In this document: positions 1 to 10,964 of the stretch, piece by piece | Layout: the number at the start of each line of letters is the position of its first letter | Numbering within the stretch: the stretch's first letter is position 1 | Assembly (NCBI GenBank): GCA_965200245.1 | Contig: CBDATS010000004.1 | Span: 576,001 to 640,000, forward strand | Source: a bacterium | Lineage (GTDB): Bacteria; UBA8248 | Reading direction: 5' to 3' | DNA: 64,000 bases | Program-made: the position numbers and the translations under genes | Notes under the pieces: model-generated | The model's input: only the letters and a program-made list of their open reading frames with translations | Told to the model about the DNA's origin: nothing | Databases searched by the model: none

Positions 1-941
1 AAGCGATTCTCCGTCGCGGGTTCGCCGTCTTCGATGAGACATATCTTCGCCGTCGTTCCGCCCATATCGAATCCCAGCACGTGGGCTTCGTCCAGGGAAC
101 GGGCGATTTGCGCTGCCGCGAGCGCGCCGCCCGCAGGCCCCGATTCGATAATGCGCACCGGATGCTCACGCACGCTGTCGAGCGTCGCGAAGCCGGAATT
201 GGACAGCATGATAAAAAGATCACCTGAAAAACCCGAATCGCGCAGGTTCTCGAGCAGGCGCGTCAGGTACGCATCAGCAATGGGTCGTACGTAGGCGTTC
301 GCCGCCGTGGTGGAGGTGCGTTCGTACTCGCCCGTTTCGGGAGCCACGGCAGATGAGATGGAAACGGGCGTGTCGCCCGCGATTTCCCCAATAGCCGCCT
401 GGGCCGCCCATTCGTTCCGGGGGTTGACGGGCGCGTGAAGAAACGAGACGGCGATGGATTCCACACCTGACTTCAGGAGTTTTGCCGATTCGCGTCTCAC
501 GGCCTCGACATCGAGAGGAAGAACCATCTTGCCGTCCACATGGACGCGTTCGGGAACCTCGACCCGGAATGCCTTCGAGACGAGAGGCGCCGGCATCTCC
601 TGGTGCAAGTCATAGAGGTCGAAGCGCTTCTCGCGGGCGATCTCGATGACGTCTGAAAATCCTCGGGTCGTGATGAGGCCCGTTCGCGCGCCTTTCCTCT
701 CGATGAGCGCATTGGTGATGAGGGTAGTGGCATGCACGATACTCGCCAGTTCCGATGCGTCGAGACCGGCAGATTCGAGAATTTTCCTGAAACCCGCAAG
801 CGCTCCATCGGCGGGATCACCGGGCGTGGTCAGCACCTTGGCGATATGAACCGCGCTTCGAGTCTCGTCAACCAGCACGAAATCAGTGAACGTGCCTCCT
901 ATGTCTATGCCCAGGCGGATTCGCGCTTCGTTGTCCATCAT
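1..941 (-). CDS. hydantoinase/oxoprolinase family protein (subunit A), runs off window start
   Basis: Manual translation of the minus strand gives RIRLGIDIGGTFTD...HATTLITNALIERKG...EYERTSTTAANAYV...IESGPAGG...FDMGGTTAK; ATGA overlap with the upstream gene. Confidence 0.9.
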   Translation of the reverse strand, partial: MMDNEARIRLGIDIGGTFTDFVLVDETRSAVHIAKVLTTPGDPADGALAGFRKILESAGLDASELASIVHATTLITNALIERKGARTGLITTRGFSDVIEIAREKRFDLYDLHQEMPAPLVSKAFRVEVPERVHVDGKMVLPLDVEAVRRESAKLLKSGVESIAVSFLHAPVNPRNEWAAQAAIGEIAGDTPVSISSAVAPETGEYERTSTTAANAYVRPIADAYLTRLLENLRDSGFSGDLFIMLSNSGFATLDSVREHPVRIIESGPAGGALAAAQIARSLDEAHVLGFDMGGTTAKICLIEDGEPATENR

Positions 942-1906
942 CCCGCTTTCAGGAGCATCTCGCCGTCCCGGACGATGACTTCAACATCAAACCATACCGT
1001 AGGCGCACGGATAATCGCGTCGAAATGGGTCTTGGCCCGTACATTACCACCCAGGTTGGCAGAAGTCCCGATTCCAATGTGGATCGTGCCATTCACACCT
1101 TCATCGTTGAGCATTTCACCCGTGAAATCCCTGCACTCGGGATTCAGGCCCATCGCGAACTGCGCGACATTGTAGACCCACTCGTCGTCCTGCTCGGCCA
1201 GAAGTGCTCTGAGAAAATCCGCCTGCCGCCCGCCCGAAATCTCGCGTACGAAGCCGTCTTCAATGCGAAAAGTCACCGGTTCTTCCATTACGCCTATCCC
1301 GTAGTAGGGAATGCTGCCATCCACCACAAGAATGCCTTTCGTCGTTCCTTCCACCGGCGATATGTTGGCCTCGATGTTGGGAACGGCGGTGAAGCCGGGA
1401 CCATCCAGAACACAGGCGTGGCTGTTGCCGGCGCGACCATCGACGGAAAACGTGAGTTCGGTGCCCGCCTTGTTGGAGACGCGCACCTCGCGCGCCAGAC
1501 TCAAACGTTCCGCCAGGGCGTCGCAAAGCGGCTTTCTCGCCCTGAAATCCGCCATGAGGCCGCCACGCTGCATCTGCCCGGTCGTGAATGCCGTCATCGA
1601 GAGTACACGCGCTCCTGCACTGACGGCCGCCCTGGTCGCCTGCGTATGAGCAAGTGCATGGGTAACGGGCAAAAAAACTGCGTCTGACGCCCGCATCGCC
1701 TCTGCCACGGCTCGCGGCGGTTCCTCGTTGTCGATGCTTCTGGGCGGGCACACGACAATCGTGGCACGCGCACCGCGTGCTCCCGCCTCGTCGCAAAGGG
1801 CCTGCGCGACAGGGAAGCGCTCCGCGTCAGTGACGATGAGCACATCCTCACCACTGCTTACGCCGGCACAGTCGCCTACGAGAATTTTCGCGCCTTCTTC
1901 CACCAA
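938..1906 (-). CDS. M29/leucyl aminopeptidase-like metalloprotein
   Basis: 322-aa ORF, GTELTF..., EANISPVEG, NDEGVNGTIHIGIG...THFD motifs. Confidence 0.75.
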   Translation of the reverse strand: MVEEGAKILVGDCAGVSSGEDVLIVTDAERFPVAQALCDEAGARGARATIVVCPPRSIDNEEPPRAVAEAMRASDAVFLPVTHALAHTQATRAAVSAGARVLSMTAFTTGQMQRGGLMADFRARKPLCDALAERLSLAREVRVSNKAGTELTFSVDGRAGNSHACVLDGPGFTAVPNIEANISPVEGTTKGILVVDGSIPYYGIGVMEEPVTFRIEDGFVREISGGRQADFLRALLAEQDDEWVYNVAQFAMGLNPECRDFTGEMLNDEGVNGTIHIGIGTSANLGGNVRAKTHFDAIIRAPTVWFDVEVIVRDGEMLLKAG

Positions 1907-2039
1907 TTACTCCTTGACCTGGAGCGATGAACCCATGATCGCGCAACGCTGTCTGCCCATATCCATGGTTGCAAAGCGTCTCGAAACCACGCAGGGGCTA
2001 TGAATACGTCGTTGTCAGTCCCGGTTTGCCCATATAAAA

Positions 2040-2783
2040 ATGGGAATCTACACTACGGACTTGCGAGAGGCGAGCATGAGGCAGGGAAAATTCTCCACAC
2101 CGAAATTAACGCTCGACCGAAAACGGCTGATGGATATCTACGAGCGCTTGTATGCGCGTTTCGGTGCCCAAGGGTGGTGGCCCGGCGAAACAGCGCTCGA
2201 GATCTGCCTGGGAGCCATTCTGGTCCAGAACACCTCGTGGTCGAACGCCGCGCGCGCCATCGAGAATCTGAAACGAGAAGACCTCCTCACGGAAAGCGCG
2301 CTAGGTCAGGTGCGCAAAGACCGCCTCACTCGACTCCTCCGCCCCGCACGGTTTTTCAATATGAAGACGAAACGGCTGAAGGGTTTCATGGCCTATCTCC
2401 GGAAACACCACGGGGGAGACGTAAACAAGTTCCTCAGCCTGCCTACGGAGGAATTGCACGAAGAACTGATGAGCCTCGACGGCGTAGGACGGGAGACGGC
2501 CGATTCCATCACGCTTTACGCCGCCGGGAGACCCGTGTTCGTGGTGGACGCCTACACGAAGCGCATTTTCTCCCGGCTCGGGTATTTCGTGGCCACAAAA
2601 AACGGGGACAGGGACTACCTCACATTACAGGAAACCCTCACGGCACACCTGCCACACGACACGGCTCTATTCAACGAATACCATGCCCTCCTCGTGCGCC
2701 TCGGGCACACCTGTTGCCGTCCCACGCCCAAATGCGACGAATGTCCGCTCCGTGCGGTCTGCCGATACTCCGGTGACAACTAG
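2040..2783 (+). CDS. endonuclease III-related HhH-GPD DNA glycosylase
   Basis: GAILVQNTSW, GVGRETAD, VVDAYTKR, C-terminal CCRPTPKCDECPLRAVC Fe-S motif. Confidence 0.9.
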   Translation: MGIYTTDLREASMRQGKFSTPKLTLDRKRLMDIYERLYARFGAQGWWPGETALEICLGAILVQNTSWSNAARAIENLKREDLLTESALGQVRKDRLTRLLRPARFFNMKTKRLKGFMAYLRKHHGGDVNKFLSLPTEELHEELMSLDGVGRETADSITLYAAGRPVFVVDAYTKRIFSRLGYFVATKNGDRDYLTLQETLTAHLPHDTALFNEYHALLVRLGHTCCRPTPKCDECPLRAVCRYSGDN

Positions 2784-3651
2784 AATTCACCAGCCAAGAG
2801 GACGCTGAACGTGTCGGAGTCCTTGCCAGTGCCACCTTCATCGACTGCATAATCGGTGTCATTCGCCCACTCAACACCCAGAAAACTCCATCCATCAACT
2901 CGTCCGAAAGGCCGATCAGGATACGTTTTTTTCGGCAATTCCAGTGCGAGTGCCTCATCTTTCGCTTGGTAGCCAACCGCCAGCGTCGCCGCCTTGCCGA
3001 CCAGTTCGAATCCGCAGGCCGCCTCGACCATCCAGGCCGAGGGTTTTCGCCGTAGTCGCCGAACGCCAATTCATCTCCGTGGAACTCGTCCAAGGCCCCA
3101 AGATACTCGCCGAGGAACGTGATACCGTTGCTCCGCATTTTTGCGCTTGCGGAGATGCCCTGCGCGCGATCGATGACCTCGTTGCTACCCAGCGTATCTG
3201 CAATCACGTCTTGAAGCGCGTCCGAATCCCCCAGATCGTTGATGTAGGATAGATTCAGGCCAAGTTCGAATCTCTTCCTCTCTACCGAGTAGCCCACCGC
3301 AGCGCCCGCACCCTGGACCCTGTCTTCTCCGTCCTCCGGGCTGTCACCCTTGAAAATGAATATCGATCCGTTCAGCCCACCGGAGGAAAGGTTGAGTTGC
3401 AGGGCTGTCTGCCTAGTCTCGCCGATGTCCACAGTAAGGGGGTCGGATAGCAATTCTGTCTCGAACGATCCAAACGGTACGTAGAGTTGGCCTCCCGTCA
3501 GAGACCATGCCCCACCCGGCGGGCCGAAGGTCAACGAGGCGGTATCCACGTCTACGGAATCATCCTCCTTGGTGAGCACAGCCTCTCCGCTCACCCAGTC
3601 ATTTATTATTTTCGCTCCTATCACCCTCTTTATTCGAGAGGCCAACATCAA
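2780..3651 (-). pseudogene. outer-membrane porin (LbtU-like), frameshifted
   Basis: GQLYVPFGSFETELLSDPLT..GET motif; the C-terminal part ending in aromatic LAGEF lies in another frame; 5' end degraded. Confidence 0.6.
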
Positions 3652-3858
3652 GATGAAGCAAGAAATTTAATTTCACGTTTCGATAAAGTTAATTCCATGT
3701 TTCGGGAATCAATCTGTTCGGGGAAAATATGTCGTATGAGATTTTACAGTTCAGCGCATGAAGGAGAAGTTGCATTCTCCCAAGCGGGAGGACCGGTTTC
3801 CAGAAGAGAAGGCGGAATTGCCCCTTTTGGGTATTTTTCGGGATAGCAAGCCCTGGGC

Positions 3859-4641
3859 CTAGACAACCGGGCAGAATCCCCCATCGATGTTCACCGCTGT
3901 TCCCGTGATGTAGGAAGCGGCGTCGGATGCGAGAAAACACGCCATGTTGGCGTATTCCTCGCTCGTTCCCATCCTCCCGAGCGGTATGTCACGTCCCGCT
4001 TCAGCGATGTAATCCTCGAGCGATGTGTCAGGATTTTCACGCTCATAGCGCCGTACAATCTGATCCGTCACGATACGGCCTGTACAAAGCGCGTTCACCA
4101 GCACATTGTAGGGTGCGCCTTCGCCCGCCAGCACCTTTGTCATCGCCATTCCTGCAGCGCGAGAGACGGAGGTCGGCGCGCTGGCGGCGAACGGCGCCTT
4201 TACCGCCACCGTCACGACGTTGATGATACGACCCCAGCGACGTTCCTTCATCGCCGGAAACGCGAGGCGGCATGTTCTGATGGCGCCGAAGAGTTTGAGA
4301 CCCAGGTCCTCTTCCCACATCTCGTCGGTAATCTCTTCGAAAGGTCCCCGGGTGGACGTGCCCGCGTTATTCACCAGAATGTCGATTTGCCCCATATCTT
4401 CGAGAGCCGACGTCCACATCTTCCTGATTGCCGCCGCTTCGCGCATGTCACACGAATAGGCGAACACCTGGCCCCCGGTAGTGGCTTCCATCTCGCGCTT
4501 CGTCTCCTCGAGCACATCAGGTCGCCTCGCGACGATGGCTACCTCGGCTCCCGATTCAGAGAACTTGAACGCCATACCTCTGCCCATACCACGGCTGCCG
4601 CCCGTGATGAGCGCTTTTTTCCCTTCCAGACGAATATCCAT
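3859..4641 (-). CDS. SDR family oxidoreductase
   Basis: TGGSRGMG, NNAG, ITGTAVNIDGG. Confidence 0.9.
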   Translation of the reverse strand: MDIRLEGKKALITGGSRGMGRGMAFKFSESGAEVAIVARRPDVLEETKREMEATTGGQVFAYSCDMREAAAIRKMWTSALEDMGQIDILVNNAGTSTRGPFEEITDEMWEEDLGLKLFGAIRTCRLAFPAMKERRWGRIINVVTVAVKAPFAASAPTSVSRAAGMAMTKVLAGEGAPYNVLVNALCTGRIVTDQIVRRYERENPDTSLEDYIAEAGRDIPLGRMGTSEEYANMACFLASDAASYITGTAVNIDGGFCPVV

Positions 4642-4758
4642 GAAACACTCCCTGAAAATTGAGCGAGCACTTCACTGTGGCAAGCATACAGGAACGGGAA
4701 CATCGGCCCGGCGCGCGGGAGCCTGTCCCGCCCGATAACACAATCGCCCCGGATTTCC

Positions 4759-6444
4759 TTATGAAATTTTCGGCAGGGGCTGCTCGCGCGTCATCACTTC
4801 TACGATGGCCGGTTTTCTCGCCGAGAGTGCCGTTTTAATGGCCCCGTCGAGATCGGCGGGGTCTTCCACACGCACGCCGAACGCATCGAAAGAGCGCGCC
4901 ATGTCGGCGAAATTGGGACTCTTGAAGTCACAGCCGTATGCCGCGCCGTAAAGGTTCTGCTGCTGACGGTCTATCTGGCCGTAGGAACCGTCGTTCAGGA
5001 CAACCATCACGATGTCGGCGCCATATTCGCTCGCGGTAACGAAATCGCCGATCGTCATGAGAAACGCGCCGTCTCCCACCAGACCGATGACGTCGCGCCC
5101 GGGGTATTCCATCTTTGCGACGATGGCCGTGGGCAGCGCAAAGGACATGGCGTTCCACACGCCCGACTGCATGAAGGAGAACTGGTTCGTGAGCGGCACG
5201 TAGTATCGCGCGAACATCTGGCAATTGCCTACATCGCTGACGACGATGGTGTCAGACTTGATGTGGCGGCTGAGTTTTTCCATCAGCAGCGCCGGATGAA
5301 TCGGTGTCTCGCTCTCGTGGCCCGCGATCAAATCCGCAGCCTGTTTTTTTAGATCCGCCTTGCCTTGCGCGATCTGCTCCCTCACCTCTTCCCTGACCCG
5401 TCCGCTCTCTTGGGCCAGATGTTCCTCCAGGGCGCTCAGGAACAACTCGGGGTCTGCGACAATTTCGTCCGTGCCTCCATAATGCGTATCCTCCGCATCG
5501 TCGAAACCGATGAAAATCCGCTCCCCGGGTGCATAGGGGTCTATGTGATCCACCTCCGCCGTGGCGGCTCTCAGTCCGATGAACATCATCAAATCACACC
5601 TTGAAGTGACGTCGTTCATGAAACGGGTGTTCCTGAAGGCGAAGTAATGCCCCACCGCCAGGGGGTGATCCTCAGGAATCACGCCCATCGCATCCTGGGG
5701 GTAGATGACGGGAATCGAGAACTTTTCGGCAATTCGCGCAAGTTCTTTCATCGCTCCCTTGCGCATCAACCCTTTTCCCGCGCAGATGACGGGATACTTC
5801 GCCTCCAGCAGCCTGCGGGCATACTGGGCGACATTTTCCGCATTTGGGGTGACGACATGTGCCGGTATCGGCACGTATCCGGGCAGCGCAATGGGATCTT
5901 CCTGCAAAAGATGAGGGCTGTAGTCGCTGAGCCTTGGAATCTCGACGTGAACCGGCCCCGGCCTCCCGCTCCTGGCGACATGAAACGCCTTGGCCATGAT
6001 TCCGGATATCTCCTTGATGCTCTTCACGCGAACGCTCCACTTGGTTACCTTGCGAAACATTTCTACCAGAAAATCGGGATCGTCCACCCCATGGAACGCC
6101 TCGCGAGACGCATCGAGCGGCACGGAACCTGTGATGTGCACCATCGGCGATGCGGCGCCATAGGCCTGCGCTACGCCCGCGATGGAGTTCGCACCGCCGG
6201 GTCCCGCCGTAAGCAGACACACACCGGGCTCTCCGGTGAGACGCCCGTAGGCATCGGCCATCAGGGAGGCGTTCGGCTCCTGTTTGCAGGTGACGAGACG
6301 GATGGATGGCGCTTCTCTCAGCGCATCGTAGAACTGCAGAAGGTGGGAACCGGGCAGACAATAGAGCCTTTTGACGTTTTCCCTTACGAGCGCGTCTACG
6401 ACAATTTGGCCCGCGTGCGCGAGCGCGCCGACTTCAAAAGGCAT
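4759..6444 (-). CDS. thiamine-pyrophosphate-dependent enzyme (acetolactate synthase-like)
   Basis: GDGAFLM...NDG TPP motif; N-terminal MADAYGRLTG..GVCLLTAGPG. Confidence 0.9.
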   Translation of the reverse strand: MPFEVGALAHAGQIVVDALVRENVKRLYCLPGSHLLQFYDALREAPSIRLVTCKQEPNASLMADAYGRLTGEPGVCLLTAGPGGANSIAGVAQAYGAASPMVHITGSVPLDASREAFHGVDDPDFLVEMFRKVTKWSVRVKSIKEISGIMAKAFHVARSGRPGPVHVEIPRLSDYSPHLLQEDPIALPGYVPIPAHVVTPNAENVAQYARRLLEAKYPVICAGKGLMRKGAMKELARIAEKFSIPVIYPQDAMGVIPEDHPLAVGHYFAFRNTRFMNDVTSRCDLMMFIGLRAATAEVDHIDPYAPGERIFIGFDDAEDTHYGGTDEIVADPELFLSALEEHLAQESGRVREEVREQIAQGKADLKKQAADLIAGHESETPIHPALLMEKLSRHIKSDTIVVSDVGNCQMFARYYVPLTNQFSFMQSGVWNAMSFALPTAIVAKMEYPGRDVIGLVGDGAFLMTIGDFVTASEYGADIVMVVLNDGSYGQIDRQQQNLYGAAYGCDFKSPNFADMARSFDAFGVRVEDPADLDGAIKTALSARKPAIVEVMTREQPLPKIS

Positions 6445-6479
6445 GAACCATCCTCTTTGGTCAGAAGAAAGAAATAAAT

Positions 6480-7559
6480 CTACTCACCCGATTTCTCGAT
6501 GTGCGCACAGAGATAATCGCCCACTTCCCGTGTATTGAGCGAACCGCCCAGGTCGGCCGTGGTTTTTCCCTCGCCGACGGCGGAGCGTATTGCCTCCCAA
6601 ATCAGGTCCGCGGCTTTCCCGAGTCCCAGTTCGTTCAGCATGATTCTGCCCGTCAGGCAGACCGCGAAGGGGTTCGCGATTCCCTTGAGCGCGATGCCTG
6701 GCGCCGTGCCGTGCACCGGTTCGAACATGCATACGCGGCCCGGGTGAATGCACCCCGACGCCGCAAGACCCACGCCTCCCACGAGGCCCGCGCAAAGGTC
6801 GCTCAGGATGTCGCCGTACATATTGTTGGTAACGATGACCCCGAAATCCTCGGGTCTGAACAGGAGGTCCTGGCACAAGGTATCGATGAAGTAATGCTCT
6901 CCCTCCACGTCGGGGTACTCTTCCGAAACCGCCCAGAAAACCCGCTGCCAAAGTCCGTGCGCGTGGATGAGGGAGCCGTGCTTGTCCGCCATGGTCACCT
7001 TGGGGTAACCGTGTTTCAGTGCGTACTCGAAGGCATAGCGGCAGATGCGCGAGACCCCCTTGTACGTGTTGATATCCTCCTGGATGGCCACTTCATCCGG
7101 CGTCCCCTTCTTGAAGTTGCCACCCACACGCACGTTTACGCCCTCGGTGTTCTCGCGCACGACGACGAGGTCGATGGGTACGTCTTTTTTCAGGGGACAA
7201 AAATCCGGATGCAGCAACGGCGATGGCCGCAGGTTCACGTACAAGTCGAGTTCGAAACGAAGCGCGCGCAGGAGGTCGCGGCAATTTACGTCTTCGGGAA
7301 TTCTGGGATCGAGACCCGCGCTTCCGAAAAGGATGGCGTCGTGCCTGTCCGCCAGGCCACGCACCAGCCCATTCACGTCTTCGGGCAGGGGCGTTCCGTG
7401 TTCGAGATAGTGGAGCGCGCCGTAGTCATAGACTTCCGCCTTGACCTCCACTCCCATCGTGCCCGTAGCCGTCCGTACAACTTCCGTCGCCACGGGCAGT
7501 ACGTCGTGCCCCACGCCGTCGCCCAAGATGACGGCCAGGGAAACCGATTTTTCGCTCAT
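6480..7559 (-). CDS. isocitrate/isopropylmalate/tartrate dehydrogenase family
   Basis: GDGVG, VVRENTEG, NMYGDILSD, FEPVHGTAP; start set at MSEKS. Confidence 0.9.
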   Translation of the reverse strand: MSEKSVSLAVILGDGVGHDVLPVATEVVRTATGTMGVEVKAEVYDYGALHYLEHGTPLPEDVNGLVRGLADRHDAILFGSAGLDPRIPEDVNCRDLLRALRFELDLYVNLRPSPLLHPDFCPLKKDVPIDLVVVRENTEGVNVRVGGNFKKGTPDEVAIQEDINTYKGVSRICRYAFEYALKHGYPKVTMADKHGSLIHAHGLWQRVFWAVSEEYPDVEGEHYFIDTLCQDLLFRPEDFGVIVTNNMYGDILSDLCAGLVGGVGLAASGCIHPGRVCMFEPVHGTAPGIALKGIANPFAVCLTGRIMLNELGLGKAADLIWEAIRSAVGEGKTTADLGGSLNTREVGDYLCAHIEKSGE

Positions 7560-7572
7560 GGAATTCCCTCGC

Positions 7573-8748
7573 CTAGAGATGCTTGATGACCTTGATGCGC
7601 TGTACTGCATCGCCTGCGAGATGCGTCCAGATGAGCGCATCGCGGACGAGTTTTTCCACGCCCTCATCCTTCATCACGCCCGCACCGCCGTGAATGTCCA
7701 TGTTCAGTTGGGTGACGCGCTGGATAACGTCAGTGGCGAAGTTCATGAGCAGGATGTTGTGTTTCATTTCGCGGTCGGCGCCCTTTTCAAGATCACATGC
7801 GGTACGCATGACGTAGGAACGAAGCGCCTCGGTCAACATGTGCATCTCCGAGAGTTTGAGCTGAATCGCCTGGTGCTCGATGATGTATTTGCCGCCCTGC
7901 CAACGCGTCCTGGCGTGGCACATCGCCATGTCGACCGCCGCCTGACAGACGCCCAGGCCGTTCGCGGAGAGTTCGAGGTCACCGAATTCCGACGTATCGC
8001 CCTTTCTCGCCTGAACGCCGCGGTTCACCTCGCCCACCACGTTGTCGTGCGGCACGCGGGCGTTCTCGAAAATGAGTTCCGCGTTCTGGTAGAACCTCCA
8101 GCCCATCTTGTCGTACACTTTCCCTACCCGAAAACCCGGTGTGTCCGTCGGCACGAGAAATATCGTGGTACCCTGCGTGATGGGGGCTTCGGGGTCGGTT
8201 CTCCCGTCGATGAAAAAGAGCTTGGCCACGCTCCCGTTCGCAATGTAGCGTTTGCTGCCGTTCAACACCCACTCATCTCCGTCGCGCACCGCCTGGAGTT
8301 TCCATCCTGTCCGGGGGTCATCAGAGGGCATGCGATTGTCCGAGCCTGCAGATTCCTCGGTTCCACCCTTCCCGAGAAGATAGGTGTCGTCCTCCAGAAA
8401 AGGTTTCAGGAATCTGTCTTTTTGATCCTCCGTGCAGGAGGCGGCTATCAAGTGGCTCCACTTCCAGCATTGACTGAAAGTCTTGGAAATCGCGCTGTCG
8501 CCACGCGCGATTTCCTCCATCACCAGCGCCTGGGTGACAAAATCGATGCCGTGGCCTCCACGTTCCCTGGGTACGACGGCGGTGCGAAAACCGAGTCTGG
8601 AACCCTTCCTGATGATCTCCCAGTCGAATGTCTCACGCGGGTCGGGAATCAGGTCCCGCTCAAGGGATATGGGCGCGACTTCTTCTTCTGCGAATTTCCT
8701 CGCCTTGTTACGCCACGCTTTCTGTTCTTCGTTCAATTCAAAGTCCAT
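7573..8748 (-). CDS. acyl-CoA dehydrogenase family protein
   Basis: MDFELNEEQ, WVLNGSKRYIANG, IHGGAG...EKLVRDA. Confidence 0.92.
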   Translation of the reverse strand: MDFELNEEQKAWRNKARKFAEEEVAPISLERDLIPDPRETFDWEIIRKGSRLGFRTAVVPRERGGHGIDFVTQALVMEEIARGDSAISKTFSQCWKWSHLIAASCTEDQKDRFLKPFLEDDTYLLGKGGTEESAGSDNRMPSDDPRTGWKLQAVRDGDEWVLNGSKRYIANGSVAKLFFIDGRTDPEAPITQGTTIFLVPTDTPGFRVGKVYDKMGWRFYQNAELIFENARVPHDNVVGEVNRGVQARKGDTSEFGDLELSANGLGVCQAAVDMAMCHARTRWQGGKYIIEHQAIQLKLSEMHMLTEALRSYVMRTACDLEKGADREMKHNILLMNFATDVIQRVTQLNMDIHGGAGVMKDEGVEKLVRDALIWTHLAGDAVQRIKVIKHL

Positions 8749-9968
8749 ACAGGTTTGCCCTCATCGGTAAAAGTAAAAACAGACTCTGCTCCAGGTAAAC
8801 AGATATTTCGTGAAATTCCGGGAACCTGAACGGAGACTCCCTGGCTCAGGGACAAAAACGCCTCATCCTCATCGCGTACGAGATCGAGGTCCCTCTCCAT
8901 CTCGCGCACGATAGGAATCACGTGCCTGCCCACGGTCTCGCATTCCTCGTGCAGGGGGAAGCCCGAGAGTATAAGCAGGTCGATTCCAGCCTGTTCGATC
9001 TCGATGATCTTCTGCGCACACTGCTCATAGGAGCCCACGATGGCGACGGCCGAACCCGAACGAATCCGGCCCATGCCCGCCCAGAGGTTCGGACCCACCA
9101 TCTCCTCGCGCGTGCGGGCCTGTTGATCCTTCGTACCTTTGCTCTCAAACGAGGAGATGATCTTCCCTCGATGCGCCAGCACCTCGGGGTCGACCCGGCT
9201 CATCACCTCTTCGGCTGCATTGAAGGCTTCCTCCTCGGTTTCGCGCGCGAATATCTGAAAGCGCGTCACATATTTCAGCGGACGTGTACGCCCTGCCCGC
9301 TCGCATTTTTCGTTCATGTTCCGGACGCGCTCGGCCACCTGTTCGGGAGTCTCTCCCCAAAAGACCGAATATTCCGCCCGCCGGATCGCGATGTCCTGCG
9401 CAATCTCCGAAGCACCCGCCATGAAGAAGGGAATCCTCGGCTTTTGTGCGGGACGAGGATACACAGTGGCGTCTTTCAGGTTGTAGAACCTGCCCTCGAA
9501 AGAGAATTTGTCTTTCGTCCAGAGACCCTCCAGGATTTCGAGGTATTCATCCGTACGCTCATAGCGCGTATCGTGATCCAGCACCTCCCCATAGCTTGCG
9601 AGCGCGCCACCACCTGTCACGATGTTATAGAGAATTCTCCCACTCGTGAGTTCATCGAGCGAAGCCATCATTCGCGCGCAAATCGCCGGGTCGATGATGC
9701 CCACCCGCACGGCCAGCAGGAGCTTGATCGTCCTGGTCGCCGGACCAATGACCGCGGCGTTCACCATGCTGTCCCAAGTGGGCGCCTGCGGGCCGTAGTG
9801 GCCGCTCACCTGTGATGTCGGTACCAGAATGGTGGTGAAGCCGCTATGTTCCGCGTTTTGCGCGATTCGTGTAAAAGTCTCATAACTCGGGGGGTGTTGG
9901 GCGAATTTCTGGCCGATGTAGGCGCTGTCGCCGTCACACGACATGTACCAAGCAAGTTCAATTGCCAT
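8733..9968 (-). CDS. LLM-class flavin-dependent monooxygenase (SsuD-like)
   Basis: AEHSGFTTILVPT, LDELTSGRILYNIVTGG, PNLWAG, ILSGFPLHEE; start set at MAIELAW. Confidence 0.88.
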   Translation of the reverse strand: MAIELAWYMSCDGDSAYIGQKFAQHPPSYETFTRIAQNAEHSGFTTILVPTSQVSGHYGPQAPTWDSMVNAAVIGPATRTIKLLLAVRVGIIDPAICARMMASLDELTSGRILYNIVTGGGALASYGEVLDHDTRYERTDEYLEILEGLWTKDKFSFEGRFYNLKDATVYPRPAQKPRIPFFMAGASEIAQDIAIRRAEYSVFWGETPEQVAERVRNMNEKCERAGRTRPLKYVTRFQIFARETEEEAFNAAEEVMSRVDPEVLAHRGKIISSFESKGTKDQQARTREEMVGPNLWAGMGRIRSGSAVAIVGSYEQCAQKIIEIEQAGIDLLILSGFPLHEECETVGRHVIPIVREMERDLDLVRDEDEAFLSLSQGVSVQVPGISRNICLPGAESVFTFTDEGKPVWTLN

Positions 9969-10067
9969 GAGACCGTCTCCGCGTGTATTTCCTGTCCTGA
10001 ATGAGGAGTCAGTATATCTCTTGAGAAGGCTTTCCGTCACTTGAGTTCGGAGATTCGCGCGGGAAAC

Positions 10068-10928
10068 TCACTTTTCCAGAAACGCGCTGATCTGCCGCTT
10101 GTAATCTGTGTCGTTCATGTATTTTTTCATGAAATCGCCTGTGGGAACGTTTTCCAGGTCTTCGGGCTGCACGCCGTCTCGAAAAGCCTTCAAGACCGAA
10201 TATGCCGCATGGGCCGCTGCCATGATAGGCTGATGGCCCTGGAGCGCAACACGCACGCCCAGACTCGCGAGATAATCCAGCCCCCGCACTTCCTTCGCGC
10301 TCCCACCCAGAATGATGGGCAGACTCACCTCCGCCACGATGGTTTCCAGTTGCGCGCGGCTTTGAACGCCTACCAGGAAGATGGCGTCCACCCCCGCCGC
10401 CTCATACGCCGTGACGCGTGCGATGGCATCCTCGGTGTTCGTGACGCGCGGCGCGCTCGTTCTGCCCGCGATGACGAGATTCGGGTCCTGACGTCCCTCG
10501 AGTGCTGCGTGCATCTTGCCCATGCCTTCTTCGATCGAAGTGAGCTTTGCTCCATCAGCCCCATAGGGCTGGGGCAGCAACGTGTCCTCTATCGAGAGGC
10601 CTGCCACCCCTGCGGTTTCGAGTTCCTCAACGGTCCTCTTTACGTTCAGTGCGTTTCCGTAGCCATGATCCGCATCTACCAGCAGGGGTACCTCCATCGC
10701 GCGGTTGATGCGCAGTGCCTGCGCGGCAAATTCGGTGAGGGTGAGCAAGATGATGTCGGGCGCGCCCAGTACGGTGAGCGAGGCGGTGGAGCCTGCAAAC
10801 ATCCCGACCTCGAAGCCCAGATCTTTCGCCATGCGGGCCGTGAGCGGGTCGTAGACCGAACCGGGATGCACACATCGCTCACCCGAAAGCACGGCACGGA
10901 ATTTCTCTCGTCTGGGTGTCCAGTTCAT
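10068..10928 (-). CDS. isocitrate lyase/PEP mutase family (oxaloacetate decarboxylase-like)
   Basis: VDADHGYGNALNV, SIEDT, IAGRTS. Confidence 0.88.
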   Translation of the reverse strand: MNWTPRREKFRAVLSGERCVHPGSVYDPLTARMAKDLGFEVGMFAGSTASLTVLGAPDIILLTLTEFAAQALRINRAMEVPLLVDADHGYGNALNVKRTVEELETAGVAGLSIEDTLLPQPYGADGAKLTSIEEGMGKMHAALEGRQDPNLVIAGRTSAPRVTNTEDAIARVTAYEAAGVDAIFLVGVQSRAQLETIVAEVSLPIILGGSAKEVRGLDYLASLGVRVALQGHQPIMAAAHAAYSVLKAFRDGVQPEDLENVPTGDFMKKYMNDTDYKRQISAFLEK

Positions 10929-10964
10929 TTCAGGGAAATCTCCTGCACAGGGGTGGAAACTGGT

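Noticed and set aside
7441-8829. Long antisense ORFs (e.g. 7441-8829, 6501-7586, 10041-11081, 21193-22194, 41994-43013, 43667-44818)
   Set aside because: They are shadows of well-supported genes on the opposite strand in GC-rich DNA and show no motifs.
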